DNA of 63,792 nucleotides, the filler included, from Octopus bimaculoides (lineage: Eukaryota): NCBI RefSeq assembly GCF_001194135.2. It is 5 parts of 4 records of this genome, joined end to end, with 100 filler letters (N's around TTAATTAATTAA, not from the genome) between each part and the next. Parts side by side here need not be neighbours in the genome. Positions count along the whole stretch, not along the records: positions 1 to 21,239 come from NC_068981.1; positions 21,340 to 36,736 come from NC_068983.1; 3 more parts are not named here. One strand, written 5' to 3'. Each line of letters opens with the position of its first letter. Position 1 is the first letter of the stretch. The position numbers and the translations under genes were made by a program. Under the pieces are notes generated by a model. The model was not told the DNA's origin, searched no databases, and worked only from the letters and a program-made list of their open reading frames with translations. This document shows, piece after piece, positions 11,561 to 22,405 of this stretch.

Positions 11561-11733
11561 ATTTCCGGATATACAGAGAATATAAATTACATAGCAACAA
11601 AACAGGATTTCAAATCTTAGCAGCTTCTTTCTTCCTCGTATACAGTTGTCTGACTGGAAAATCAGAAACACAAGTGTGACTATATACATTGCTCTCAAAG
11701 AAGTACAAGTCATGTGCCCTGTTAAGCATTCTA

Positions 11734-11961
11734 TTAATCATTTTGATACCATATTTCTGTTGAAATACACTTCCTCTGTTTTAATTAATTTTGAAAATAG
11801 TGAAGAATTTAGTGAAATAATTGTCATTATTAAGCTGGTGTTTGGAACATGAATTAATATGGAATAATGATGGAAGGTTTTAATTCAGATCACTTTGAAA
11901 CAGGAAGTTTGTATTATGGAACCAGTGATAGTCATGGGTGGGTTGGTTTCAAAAGGTTTAA
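11734..11961. mobile_element. TTAA-flanked MITE, second family
   Basis: Termini TTAATCATTTTGATACC / GGTTTCAAAAGGTTTAA form imperfect TIRs with TTAA ends. Confidence 0.5.
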
Positions 11962-12092
11962 TTAACAAATTTCAGAGTCACTTAAAATTATTGGAAATAA
12001 TCAAATCTTAAAAATTTTATTATTTGTAATAATTTTTGTAATTTTTATTCTTTGAAGAGTTGATGTAGTTTCAATGTACAACTAATTGAATT

Positions 12093-12321
12093 TTAACTCT
12101 TTAGTATTTAAACCAGCCATATCTTAGCCCAAATATTCTATATGTTTTATCTTCAAAATAGTCAGATCTGGCCTCTCCCATGTACCCTACAATGTCATTC
12201 TAAAAAGAAACGATCACATCGTTGAATTCTTGACACTATGAGATAATGAATAATTAATTCAAAACAATATCAATAAATTAGCATTACAATTGGCAGAATA
12301 ATCTGAATGCTAAAGAGACAA
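12093..12321. mobile_element. TTAA-flanked MITE, inverted copy of 6151-6378
   Basis: TTAACTCTTTAGTATTTAAACCAGCC...ATCTGAATGCTAAAGAG; internal similarity to the reverse complement of 6151-6378. Confidence 0.6.
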
Positions 12322-12839
12322 ACTAATTTTAAATGATATTTTCTTGATATGACATTATAAATGTTTAGTTCACAGAATACTTAAAACTGTGCAAGATCTG
12401 TATTTTCCTATGCACTTCATAATCCCATTCATATTTCTCTTTAATATTGAATTTTTGGAATTTTTATCTTTCCAAGAGTGAGTGTAGATTCAATCTACTG
12501 ATAATCAAATTTTAAACTCACTTTAAACAATAATTTCACTAAATGACACCATAATCTTTTAGCTTAAAGAATGCTTAAAAAGATACACAATATTTTTCTG
12601 AAAATGATATAATATTCACACTTGCTTATCGGATTTTTGCAGTTAGTCTTTTGAATGTAAGCAAGAGACAAACAGTTTAAGTTTGAACTCTTGTTTTGTA
12701 AATATGCAATGTATATCCTCCAACAGTTTTACATATCATTCCATGCCATCCTTTCCATCTAGGATTATAAAATTTATTAAAACTGATCAGGACGTTTGTA
12801 ATTCTGCTTGTATATCCCTTAAGTCTTCTATCTTTTATC

Positions 12840-13150
12840 TTTTACTTGTTTCAGTAATAGGACTGTGGCCATATTGGAACACTGTCTTGAGAGGTTTAGC
12901 CAAAGAAATCAACCCTGGTAATTATTTTTTAAGTCTATTACTTATTCTATGAAGCTCTTTTGCCAAACCACTAAGTCACAAGTATGTGAACAGACCAACA
13001 CCAGTTGTCAAGCAGTGTGGTGGTGATGGTGGTGGGGATCCACATACCCATATGTTTATAATGAAGTTTCCATACAGTTTCCATCTACCAAATTCAACCA
13101 TAAGGTATTTGTCGATCCAGAGGCTACAGTAAAAAGTAAAGAACACATGG
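12840..13150 (-). mobile_element. Family A SINE, degenerate
   Basis: TTTTACTTGTTTCAGTAATAGGACTGTGGCCAT...CTTTTGCCAAACCACTAAG...CAGTTTCCATCTACCAAATTC. Confidence 0.65.
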
Positions 13151-13314
13151 CCACAGCTTTAAAGCTGAAACAGTTTAAAGAATTAAAGAATACTGTATGC
13201 AAATTAATCAGCTTCAAAACTGTCTGTTTACTCAATATATTACATGGTATTGCACATTATTTCCAAGTATCTGAACATTTTGGATTTCTGGTATTTGGAT
13301 AAGAGGTCCAGTAC

Positions 13315-13325
13315 TGTGTGTGTGT

Positions 13326-13375
<50 letters not shown>

Positions 13376-13378
13376 ATG
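13315..13378. repeat. (GT)n microsatellite
   Basis: Direct reading. Confidence 0.95.
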
Positions 13379-13442
13379 CGTGCATGCATTCATTTTGCTA
13401 ACTTTCTTTTATGTTGATTGCTGTGTTTCATTTCTCCTTTAC

Positions 13443-13504
13443 CTCAGTTGAAGTCTCTTATTGCCAAACTGGACCACTGTTGCTAGGCCTTGATGTTTTT
13501 GTGA
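13443..13504 (-). CDS. Candidate internal coding exon of an unidentified host gene
   Basis: Acceptor ATTACTTTCAG, donor GAG/GTAAAG, 62 nt, open frame SQKHQGLATVVQFGNKRLQL; ends in phase 2, compatible with the 373-497 candidate. Confidence 0.5.
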
Positions 13505-13649
13505 CTGAAAGTAATAGTAATTTATTGAATGATAATATTTGGACATTCAGACACGTACAGGAGTCCACTTCCTGCAGGCGATCATTTGTACAAACCTTTT
13601 CAAGGTGCTGAAAATAGTATTGCAGCTACTTTCTTATTTTTCTGTTTGA

Positions 13650-14032
13650 AGTCCACAGCTGTATTGTGGCTACAATCACTGTAGTAGGCACAATGGAAGG
13701 TAGGTTCTGTGAGATTGTAGAAATACTAGAGAAGAAGCACGTAGATATGTGCTGTGTGCAAGAGGTAAGATGGAATGGTGCTTCTATCAGATTGCTGATG
13801 GACAAAGAACAAAGGTATAAGTTTTTCTGGGTAAGCAGTGGTTATGGTATGGGGTGAGAAGGCATATTATTAGCAAAGCGATGGCTAAATAAAGTAATTA
13901 AGGCAGCCAGTGTGTATTATAGAATAACTGAGCTTAGAATAGTTTTGGTTAATGCAGAGGTAACATTCATCTTTGCATACACTCCATTTGAAATGGCAGA
14001 TGTACAAATGGAGTAATTACTTGAGCCCCCCA

Positions 14033-14082
<50 letters not shown>

Positions 14083-14395
14083 GTACAAATGACAATGATT
14101 CTATCCTCTTGGCTGGTGATTCATTTGACATTTTTAACAGCACTCTGATAGATGATATGGGGTAGAGGTAGCAAACAGGTTTTGGCTTTGGTTCAAGAAA
14201 TGAGGAAAGAACAAAGTTACTGGAGTTTTGCAATACTAATTACTTCATAATCAGCAACATTAAATTCGGGAAACCAGTCAACCATCTGATCGTCTATCAA
14301 TCTGGTAGACAGATAAGCCAGATAGACTACATTCTCTCCAGGAAATGAGATAGTCAGTGGCTTGTAAATGCTAAGTCTTTCCATGATGAAGAGTT
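13650..14395 (+). mobile_element. RTE LINE AP-endonuclease domain remnant, interrupted by (CA)n
   Basis: GTMEGRFCEIVEILEKKHVDMCCVQEVRWNGAS, GILLAKRWLNKV, ILLAGD, GFGSRNEERTKLLEFC, QIDYIL. Confidence 0.85.
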
Positions 14396-14489
14396 AATGA
14401 CTTTAAACTTAGAACAAGATGGACTCAGAGACACAGGTCAGTTAAGAAAAGAAAGAAAAGGAAGCTAAGATTCAACAAACAGTCATGAT

Positions 14490-14930
14490 TTCCTCCTCCT
14501 CATCATCATCATCGTCATTATCTAATGTCTGTTTTCCATGCTGGCATGGGTTGGATTATTTGACTGGAGCTAGCCAGCTGGAGAGATTTCTAGGCTCCAG
14601 TTGTCTCTTTTGGCATGGTTTCCTTGGCTGGATGCCAACCACTATACAGAGTGTAATGGATGCCTTTACCTGGCACCAACGAGGGTGCTTTTCACATGAC
14701 ACCAGCACAGGGATAACTTCTTTTTCAAATTCATCATCATCATGACCATTATCCTTTAGTGTCCATTTTCAATGCTGGCATGGGTTGGATGGTTTGATTT
14801 GAGCTGGTGAGCAGGAGATCTGCACCAGGCTTTTGTCTGATTTGGCTTGGTTTCTATAGCTGAACGTCTTTCCTAATGCCAACCACTTTGCAGAATGTAC
14901 TGGGTGTTTTTAACATGGCATAGGGCTCTT
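14490..14930 (-). mobile_element. Two tandem family C modules
   Basis: Two copies of CATCATC...TTTTC(C/A)ATGCTGGCATGGGTTGG...CTTTCCTAATGCCAACC. Confidence 0.75.
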
Positions 14931-14939
14931 GCAGGCAAA

Positions 14940-15905
14940 AGCAAGGGTAGCAGAATTAACACTTCTGCTATGAAGAAAGGTTCTTCTTGAGTACAGCAAG
15001 GTACCAGATATCTTGGTCCTTTGTCATCTCTGAAAGGTTCAGTGTCCAGAGATTGTCCTTCAGTATTTCATCCCATGTATTCTTGGGCCTCTCTTTTCTA
15101 TGAGTTCCATCCATTTTGAGTGATCAGCAATTTTTTTATGGAGCTGTCTACACCCATCCACATTCCATGAGCAAACTAGCACAGTCTTCTCTCTTGCACA
15201 CTGCATCTAATTCCTCTTCTATAAAAGTTTTCTCTCAATACACTACCACTCTGTTCTTAGCTAAATACTTCTCATGTAGTGTGCCTGCTTATGAAAATAG
15301 CATCAGTAGTGCTTCCCCCTGGGGCAAAGCCAAACTGCATTTTATCTAGCCTAATTCTGTTCCTAATTAATTGGGCTATAATGTTTCCCATAATTTCCAT
15401 CACCTGATCAGTAATTTGATGCCTCTATGATTGCTTCTATCTGAGGCATCTCCCTTACCCTTGTAGGCAGTTAATTATAATGCTGCCACACCAGTCACTG
15501 GGGATTATGTGTTCCTGAATAATCTGATTAACTATGTAGGTGACTAGCCCATATCCTACCTACAGATATTTTGAACATCTCAGCAGTGACTCCTGGTGAA
15601 CGAGTTGCTTTCCCTATTTCCATATCTTTAATTGCCTTTTCTACCATACTGCTGTCCACTAGGATAGCTGGTCCCTCTGTTGGTTCCACTTGAGGGCGAT
15701 TTCCTTTATCTCATTTGTTCCTCCTTCTCATCAAAGGCTTCATTAAGAACTTTTCTTATTCTCTGCCCATTTGAAGGATCCTTGAGCTTCCACAACCTTC
15801 TTTTCCATATTGGTTTGTGTCTCTGAATCCTTCTGGCCATAAGCCTGAAATCACTAACCACTAACCTATGTTGAGTTATACATTCTTCACCCAGGAAAGA
15901 TTTGT
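14940..15905 (-). mobile_element. RTE LINE linker/RT/C-terminal remnant with internal deletions
   Basis: Minus frames KSFLGEECITQHRLVVSDFR...WKLKDP, VEKAIKDMEIGKA, KGDASDRSNHRGIKLL, MQFGFAPGGSTTDAIF, RGIRCSVQERRL. Confidence 0.85.
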
Positions 15906-15954
15906 ATTTATGATCATACACCTGTCCCCGAGTCTGGTGTATGATCATAAATAC
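15904..15954. repeat. Perfect 19-bp inverted repeat with 13-nt loop
   Basis: GTATTTATGATCATACACC (15904-15922) and GGTGTATGATCATAAATAC (15936-15954). Confidence 0.95.
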
Positions 15955-17114
15955 TCTGCTCCTTGTAAAATGTACACAATGTTACAGAAACAACAATGAT
16001 ACAAGATGAATTACTTAAAGTGTGTGTGTGTGTGTGTGTGTGTGTGTCGTACCACTTCCCATATAAATTCTTTCAGAAAGATCTCTGAACACTTGTTTAT
16101 CAAAATACTTGGAGTCTTTGAGAAATAATAATGTGAGGAACTATAATTCAGTATACAACCACAGATGCAATACTTGGACATATTGTCAGTATTGCATGCT
16201 GGATTCATTGGATGTCTGGGGTCGTACAACATTCACCTTCATGCAGTTGACCTGGCCTGACCTGACCTAGATTGATTAAACCTAAGTCTGTGTCAAAGCA
16301 GCATTCTAAAGACCCCACCAATCACCTCTTTTCAACTAGAAGTATCAGAATGATTTTGTAGCAGCCTCTATGCTGTTCTTGTTGACTCTTCTTCTGCTCA
16401 CCCCTGTAATATCCAGGATTCAATAAACCCTACTCAGAGTACGACCTGTGAACTGTTGATTGTTACCCTCCACAGACAAACACATAGTTCTTCACATATT
16501 CCAGCAACTGTCTGCCACTAACTCCTAATAATTGGCTGCAATATTTTACAAATGGAAAAAAAACCTTATAAATAGGGTAACAATGGTTGTCACCTTTGCC
16601 TCTCAGAGGAAAAAAATATACTGTTTCATAAAGTCTCTGCCATAACAAATGTTCAGAAGTGATATTTTATGGCTGCCATGAATTAAAATATTTGTTAAAA
16701 TATCCTGAGTTACATGACAGCTGAAAACCAAACAGTTGAGTAACATATTTATCCATGTTCTATAAAAATCAACATAATTCTTCAGATAATACGAGTTAAA
16801 ATTTCTGAAAAAAAGACAAGCAGGCAAATGACAGATAGCCTTATAAAATAACATTCTGTCTACATGAAATTGTTTTGTAAAGTTCATGTGTTTACTCAAT
16901 GGAATTCGTAGTTTGTGTTATATATAAAAACAGTTGTTTAACTTATAAAAATGATTGCTTGAAAATTCGTAAAACATGAAATCAATTATTGGAGTCCATG
17001 TAATTTTAGCCTAAAATAAAATGCACGGTTTACTCTACATCCTTGCATTGAGTACTTAATCACTCTGAATTTCTAACAGTTATATATCAGCTTCCTACAT
17101 ACATAGATGCATAC

Positions 17115-17333
17115 CTATTCTCTTTTACATGTTTCAGTCATTTGACTGCGGCCATGCTGGGGCACCGCCTTTGGTCGAGAAAATCGACCTCAGGACTTAT
17201 TCTTTGTAAGCCTAGTACTTATTCTATCGGTGTCTTTTTGCCGAACCGCTAAGTTACGGGGACATAAACACACCAGCATCGGTTGTCAAGCGATGGTAGG
17301 GGGACAAACACAGGCACACAAACACACACACAC

Positions 17334-17370
<37 letters not shown>

Positions 17371-17407
17371 CATATATACGACAAGCTTCTTTCAGTTTCT
17401 GTCTACC
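17115..17407 (-). mobile_element. Young family A SINE, runs into gap
   Basis: High identity to 62232-62620 with CpGs retained. Confidence 0.85.
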
Positions 17408-17787
17408 NNNNNNNNNNNNNNNNNNNNNNNNNNNNNNNNNNNNNNNNNNNNNNNNNNNNNNNNNNNNNNNNNNNNNNNNNNNNNNNNNNNNNNNNNNNNN
17501 NNNNNNNNNNNNNNNNNNNNNNNNNNNNNNNNNNNNNNNNNNNNNNNNNNNNNNNNNNNNNNNNNNNNNNNNNNNNNNNNNNNNNNNNNNNNNNNNNNNN
17601 NNNNNNNNNNNNNNNNNNNNNNNNNNNNNNNNNNNNNNNNNNNNNNNNNNNNNNNNNNNNNNNNNNNNNNNNNNNNNNNNNNNNNNNNNNNNNNNNNNNN
17701 NNNNNNNNNNNNNNNNNNNNNNNNNNNNNNNNNNNNNNNNNNNNNNNNNNNNNNNNNNNNNNNNNNNNNNNNNNNNNNNNNNNNNNN

Positions 17788-17827
<40 letters not shown>

Positions 17828-17828
<1 letters not shown>

Positions 17829-18110
17829 AGGCTTATGGCCTAGTAGTTAGGCTGTTACATTCATGATTGCTAAATTGTGGGTTTGATTCTCAGACTGGGT
17901 GGTGCATTGTGTTCTTGAGCAAGACATCTCATTTCATGTTGCTCTAGTCCTCCCCTTTTGATCAGGGAGGAATGTTGGCCTGCTCGCCTAGCCAGCAGGA
18001 CTGTGTCATTCAAAGGTTAAAATGACACAAAGCTATATTGTGGACAGTGATGTATAACAATATCTGATAGGTTGGTAAGTCATGAGATCATGACATATAT
18101 TACAAGAATA
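17828..18110 (+). mobile_element. tRNA-derived SINE (head B + different tail), degenerate
   Basis: ATGGCCTAGTAGTTAGG...GGGTTTGATTC...TTGTGTTCTTGAGCAAGACA...TTTCATGTTGCTCTAGTCC. Confidence 0.6.
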
Positions 18111-18849
18111 AGGATTTAAAGAATCAAACAGAGTTCACAGTAAGCTCTCCACTGAGTGTTCAGATATCAAGAAAGACAGTGGTTGAGACTAGCATATAAG
18201 ATTAAAATTGCTGTTCTTCTAAAAATCCAGGGATCACAGTGGTGCAGAGTATGAAATAATTAACCAAAGTAAAAGAAAAGAGAGAAGAAATGTTTACTTC
18301 ATTTGTTGACAGCTGTTTCATAATCTGTATCCAGTTATACCAGTGATACTAAAACATCCAGTGCATACCTAATTATACATATAGATGATCATATTTAAAT
18401 ATCTAATTGTGCTGTAACCAAATGAATCAAATTATTCATCAGAATGTTTCATGGCTTGTAAACATTGAGCTTTGCTAAATTTAGTTAGGTTTCCTCATTT
18501 ATATAGCTGCAGATTAAGATATATCTGTTAAGCTTATTTTGCATTATACCTTACAGTGATCAACCACTAAAGTTTGGTAAACAAATTGATGATTAGTTAC
18601 TTTATTTTTGATTTTATTGTTTATATCTTCTGATTCTATTTATCTTCCAATTTTTTTTAAGTACATTCTATTTATGGGCATTCTCGCATCTGTTGAAATG
18701 TGGAAGCTTTACAGATACATTTCAAGTCTGCTGCTATATAATGAGGTAATCTAATTAAATTTATCAGAGTCAGATGTTTGCAAGTCATGAAACATTCTAA
18801 TGAGTAATCTGACTTATTATGTTACAGCACAATTATATACTCTATCTCG

Positions 18850-19900
18850 ACTAGAAAAGAAGTTGCAAGTATGGAGGCAAGGTCTACAGTCAAAGAGCCT
18901 TAGAATTAACCTTAGCAAAAGCCAAAGTCTTTGTAAGTAGGAAGGTAAACAAATCACAAATCGCTTCTGGTAGATGCACAATCTCTAGAAAAGGTGCAGG
19001 TAGATGCACAATCTCTAGAAAAGGCGCAGGTAGAAACTCCATAAGATTCACAGGTACAATAAACACTGAAAATGTACAGAAAATAGGGGGGTTGCAAACT
19101 AGGGGTAGTAGATAGCTTCTGTTATCTAGGTGACCAAGTTAGTAGTAGAGGTAGATGCTCTGAGAGCGTAGATGTGAGAATAAGATTAGGATGGGCAAAG
19201 TTCAGAGAGCTCCTACCCCTACTGGCAACAAAGGGCCTCTCGCACAGAGTGAAAGGCAGATTGTATGATGCCTGTGTATGCACAGTTATGCTACACAGCA
19301 GTGAAACATGGGCTGTGACAGCCTAGGACATGTGTAGGCTTGAAAGAAATGAAGCCAGTATGCTTCGCTGGGTGTGCAATGTCAGTGCGCATGTTCAACA
19401 AAGCGTAAGCATCTTGAGAGAAAAGTTAGGCATCAGATGTGGTGTGCAAGAGAGACGACTGCACTGGTATGGTCATGTGATGTGCATGGACGAGGACAAC
19501 TGTGTAAAGAAGTGCCAATCTCTAACTGTGGAGGGAACCCGTGGTAGAGGTAGACCCAGGAAGACATGAAACAATGATTTTCGAACTTTGAGCCTCACAG
19601 AGGCAATGACTAATGTCCTTTGGCAACGTGCTGTGCTTGAGAGGACATATCAAACCAAGTCCACCCATGCTGGTGGCATGTAAAGAGCACCTCTTGACCG
19701 TTGAGCCTCACAGAGGCAAAGTGGTTGAGTTCCTTTTGAGCGTTGGCTCTCATGAAGGCAATGACTGAGACCTTTGGCATTATGTCATGCTTGAGAAGAC
19801 TCATCAAGCTGAGCAAAATTGCAGTCGTGGCAGATACCGGTGTCATGCAAATTGGCACCGATGCCAGTGGCACGTAAAAACACCCCAGTGTCATGCAAAT
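18850..19900 (+). mobile_element. RTE LINE 3' portion with tandemly duplicated terminal segments
   Basis: KKLQVWRQGL, DSFCYLGDQVSS, WAKFRELLPLLATKGLS, SETWAVT, QERRLHWYGHVMCMDED, GRGRPRKT; repeated GAGCCTCACAGAGGCAA units at 19590-19800. Confidence 0.9.
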
Positions 19901-19904
19901 GGCA

Positions 19905-20100
19905 CCCATGCCAGTAGTACGTTAAAGCAGTGGTTACACTCTTGGAGTGGTTGGCATTAGGAAGGGCATCCAGCCATGGAAAACCATGCCAAATCAGACT
20001 GGAGTCTGGTGCAGCCTTCCAGTGTGGCAACCCAATCAAACTGTCCAATCCCTGCCAGCAGGGACAATGGATGTTAAACGATCATGATGATGATGATGAT
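19905..20100 (+). mobile_element. Family C module directly following the RTE 3' end
   Basis: GGTTGGCATTAGGAAGGGCATCCAGCC...GGATGTTAAACGATCATGATGATG. Confidence 0.75.
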
Positions 20101-20149
20101 ATATATATATATATATATATATTGCTGACATAAAGAATACACACACACA

Positions 20150-20300
20150 CATATGTGGGACACCTGGCTTAGTGGTTCATTTCATGTTGGTCCAGTCCAC
20201 TCATCTGGCAAAAATTATTAAGCCTGCAATGGACTGGTTTTCCATCCAGAGTGGGGGAAGATATATTCTCTGGAAACCAGGAAACCATCTGAATCTATGG
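20150..20300 (+). mobile_element. Head B SINE fragment
   Basis: TGGCTTAGTGGTT joined to TTTCATGTTGGTCCAGTCCACTCATCTGGCAAAAA and CCTGCAATGGACTGG. Confidence 0.45.
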
Positions 20301-21184
20301 CAGAGGGAGTACCTTTGATCCCTTTTTTCTTGATGTACACACACACACACACACACACATACACACACACATACACACACACACACACACATGATGAGTT
20401 ATTGCACAGTTTCTGTCAATTATAGTTCCCTCATAGTTTTTTTTTTTTTTTTTACTCAGTAATGGGTAACTCAATACAAAATTATTATTGAAAGGACACT
20501 TTTTGAAATCACCACATAGCAGAATTGACCCTAGGTAATATGGTAATGAAAGGGATTTCTTAACCACGCAGCCATATATTTAAAAGGAAAAATAATAAAT
20601 GATAGCAAAAAAAAAAAAAACAGTTAAAAAAATCAAAAGAAGAAAGAAAAAGAAAAGGAAATATGAGGACAAGAAAGTTTACAGCTCGATCACCTCTGAT
20701 TCTAAGTCTGCTTCAGCAAGGCTGACCTGAGGCTGATCAACAACTATGACAGTTATTCCAACAAATTCTATCAGCACCACACCAAGATTAGAGTCTCTAT
20801 GAATGAACTATGAATGGTATTAGAGAATATAGTCACAAGTTTTATTGCTACTACGTGAGCAGCCTAAACCCAGGCAGTCTTTCAGTCTGATTTGCTTAAC
20901 AAATATTTATTGCAAACATTATATTGTCAGCCTGAAGAAACGTATATAAATATATAAATCAAAAATTTACTTTAATGAAATTTCAATATTTCTGTTTGAA
21001 TCTCAGGCGTTTTTGTTTTCTTCTTTTCTCTCCTCACAGTTAGGTTATTAGTTAGGTTACTGTGAGAAATTTTCCACCTTGTTTATATGGCCATTCACAC
21101 CGTCTCTCTTTCTGTATGTTATATACATAGATAGAATGATACAAAAATATATATATGTATGCATATGTATATATATATGTTTGT

Positions 21185-21239
<55 letters not shown>

Positions 21240-21339
21240 NNNNNNNNNNNNNNNNNNNNNNNNNNNNNNNNNNNNNNNNNNNNTTAATTAATTAANNNNN
21301 NNNNNNNNNNNNNNNNNNNNNNNNNNNNNNNNNNNNNNN
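21240..21339. other. Assembly gap marker (44 N + TTAATTAATTAA + 44 N)
   Basis: Identical 100-bp construct also at 36737-36836, 55018-55117 and 58574-58673; the 12-mer has stops in all six frames. Confidence 0.9.
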
Positions 21340-21745
21340 ATATATATATATATTTATATCTATCGATATGTTCATGAAAGCATCTGAATGACATTCTTGT
21401 GTTCACTGCGGCAAATTTCATCTGCTTTGATTCATATATTTAGCTGTTTTTGTTTGTGTCGCACGCACACCCACATACACACTCACCCACACAGGCACGC
21501 ACACACACACACAGACACATGCACACACATACATATACACACACTTATGCACATGTGTTGGAGTACCGTATATATTTGTGTATATGTGTGTTTGTGTGCA
21601 TGCGCCCGCGTGTGTCTGTGTGTGTGTAATGTTAAGTCAAAGACGAAACAGAAAGATTGTGCGACAAATTATATATTTTGTTTATACATAATACCCCACG
21701 TCCATATATATACATTTATATGCATACATATATATACATATATGC

Positions 21746-21793
<48 letters not shown>

Positions 21794-22364
21794 NNNNNNN
21801 NNNNNNNNNNNNNNNNNNNNNNNNNNNNNNNNNNNNNNNNNNNNNNNNNNNNNNNNNNNNNNNNNNNNNNNNNNNNNNNNNNNNNNNNNNNNNNNNNNNN
21901 NNNNNNNNNNNNNNNNNNNNNNNNNNNNNNNNNNNNNNNNNNNNNNNNNNNNNNNNNNNNNNNNNNNNNNNNNNNNNNNNNNNNNNNNNNNNNNNNNNNN
22001 NNNNNNNNNNNNNNNNNNNNNNNNNNNNNNNNNNNNNNNNNNNNNNNNNNNNNTATATATATATATATATATATATATGGGTTGATGTAAGCACACACTC
22101 ACACACACGTAAATAAACGTATAACCATACATATCTTTATGTGTAACCACTCAAAACACATCCATATATTTGACATCAAATATTAGATTTTTTTCCTGCT
22201 TCCTTTTGCGGAAGCAACGTATATATTTGTAAACTAGACAGAAAATATTCCATTATCATCGAATTTATTGAATGTTGTCATGATTACAATGAGTGACTGA
22301 AGCAATATTAAAAGAACTATTGCGACCAATGATTTATTCAATTTTTCTTTTATGGTCGGGTCAG

Positions 22365-22405
22365 ATCTCCATTCTATGAGCTTCAAGACCGACATTATCT
22401 TGTCG
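22365..22405 (+). CDS. Candidate 41-nt coding exon
   Basis: Acceptor TTTTTCTTTTATGGTCGGGTCAG, donor TCG/GTAAAT, open frame SPFYELQDRHYLV ending in phase 1. Confidence 0.25.

Noticed and set aside
16466-16534. Minus-strand candidate exon QLLGVSGRQLLEYVKNYVFVCG
   Set aside because: Splice sites are moderate and its phase is incompatible with the next candidate exon; cannot be supported without RNA data
18662-18745. Plus-strand 84-nt AG...GT bounded open frame (YILFMGILASVEMWKLYRYISSLLLYNE)
   Set aside because: Two frames open, no recognisable protein, no compatible partner exon, and opposite to the better-supported minus-strand candidates
21284-21295. TTAATTAATTAA palindrome recurring four times (also 36781, 55062, 58618)
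   Set aside because: Always centred in an exactly 100-bp N block (44+12+44); an assembly spacer with six-frame stops, not biology
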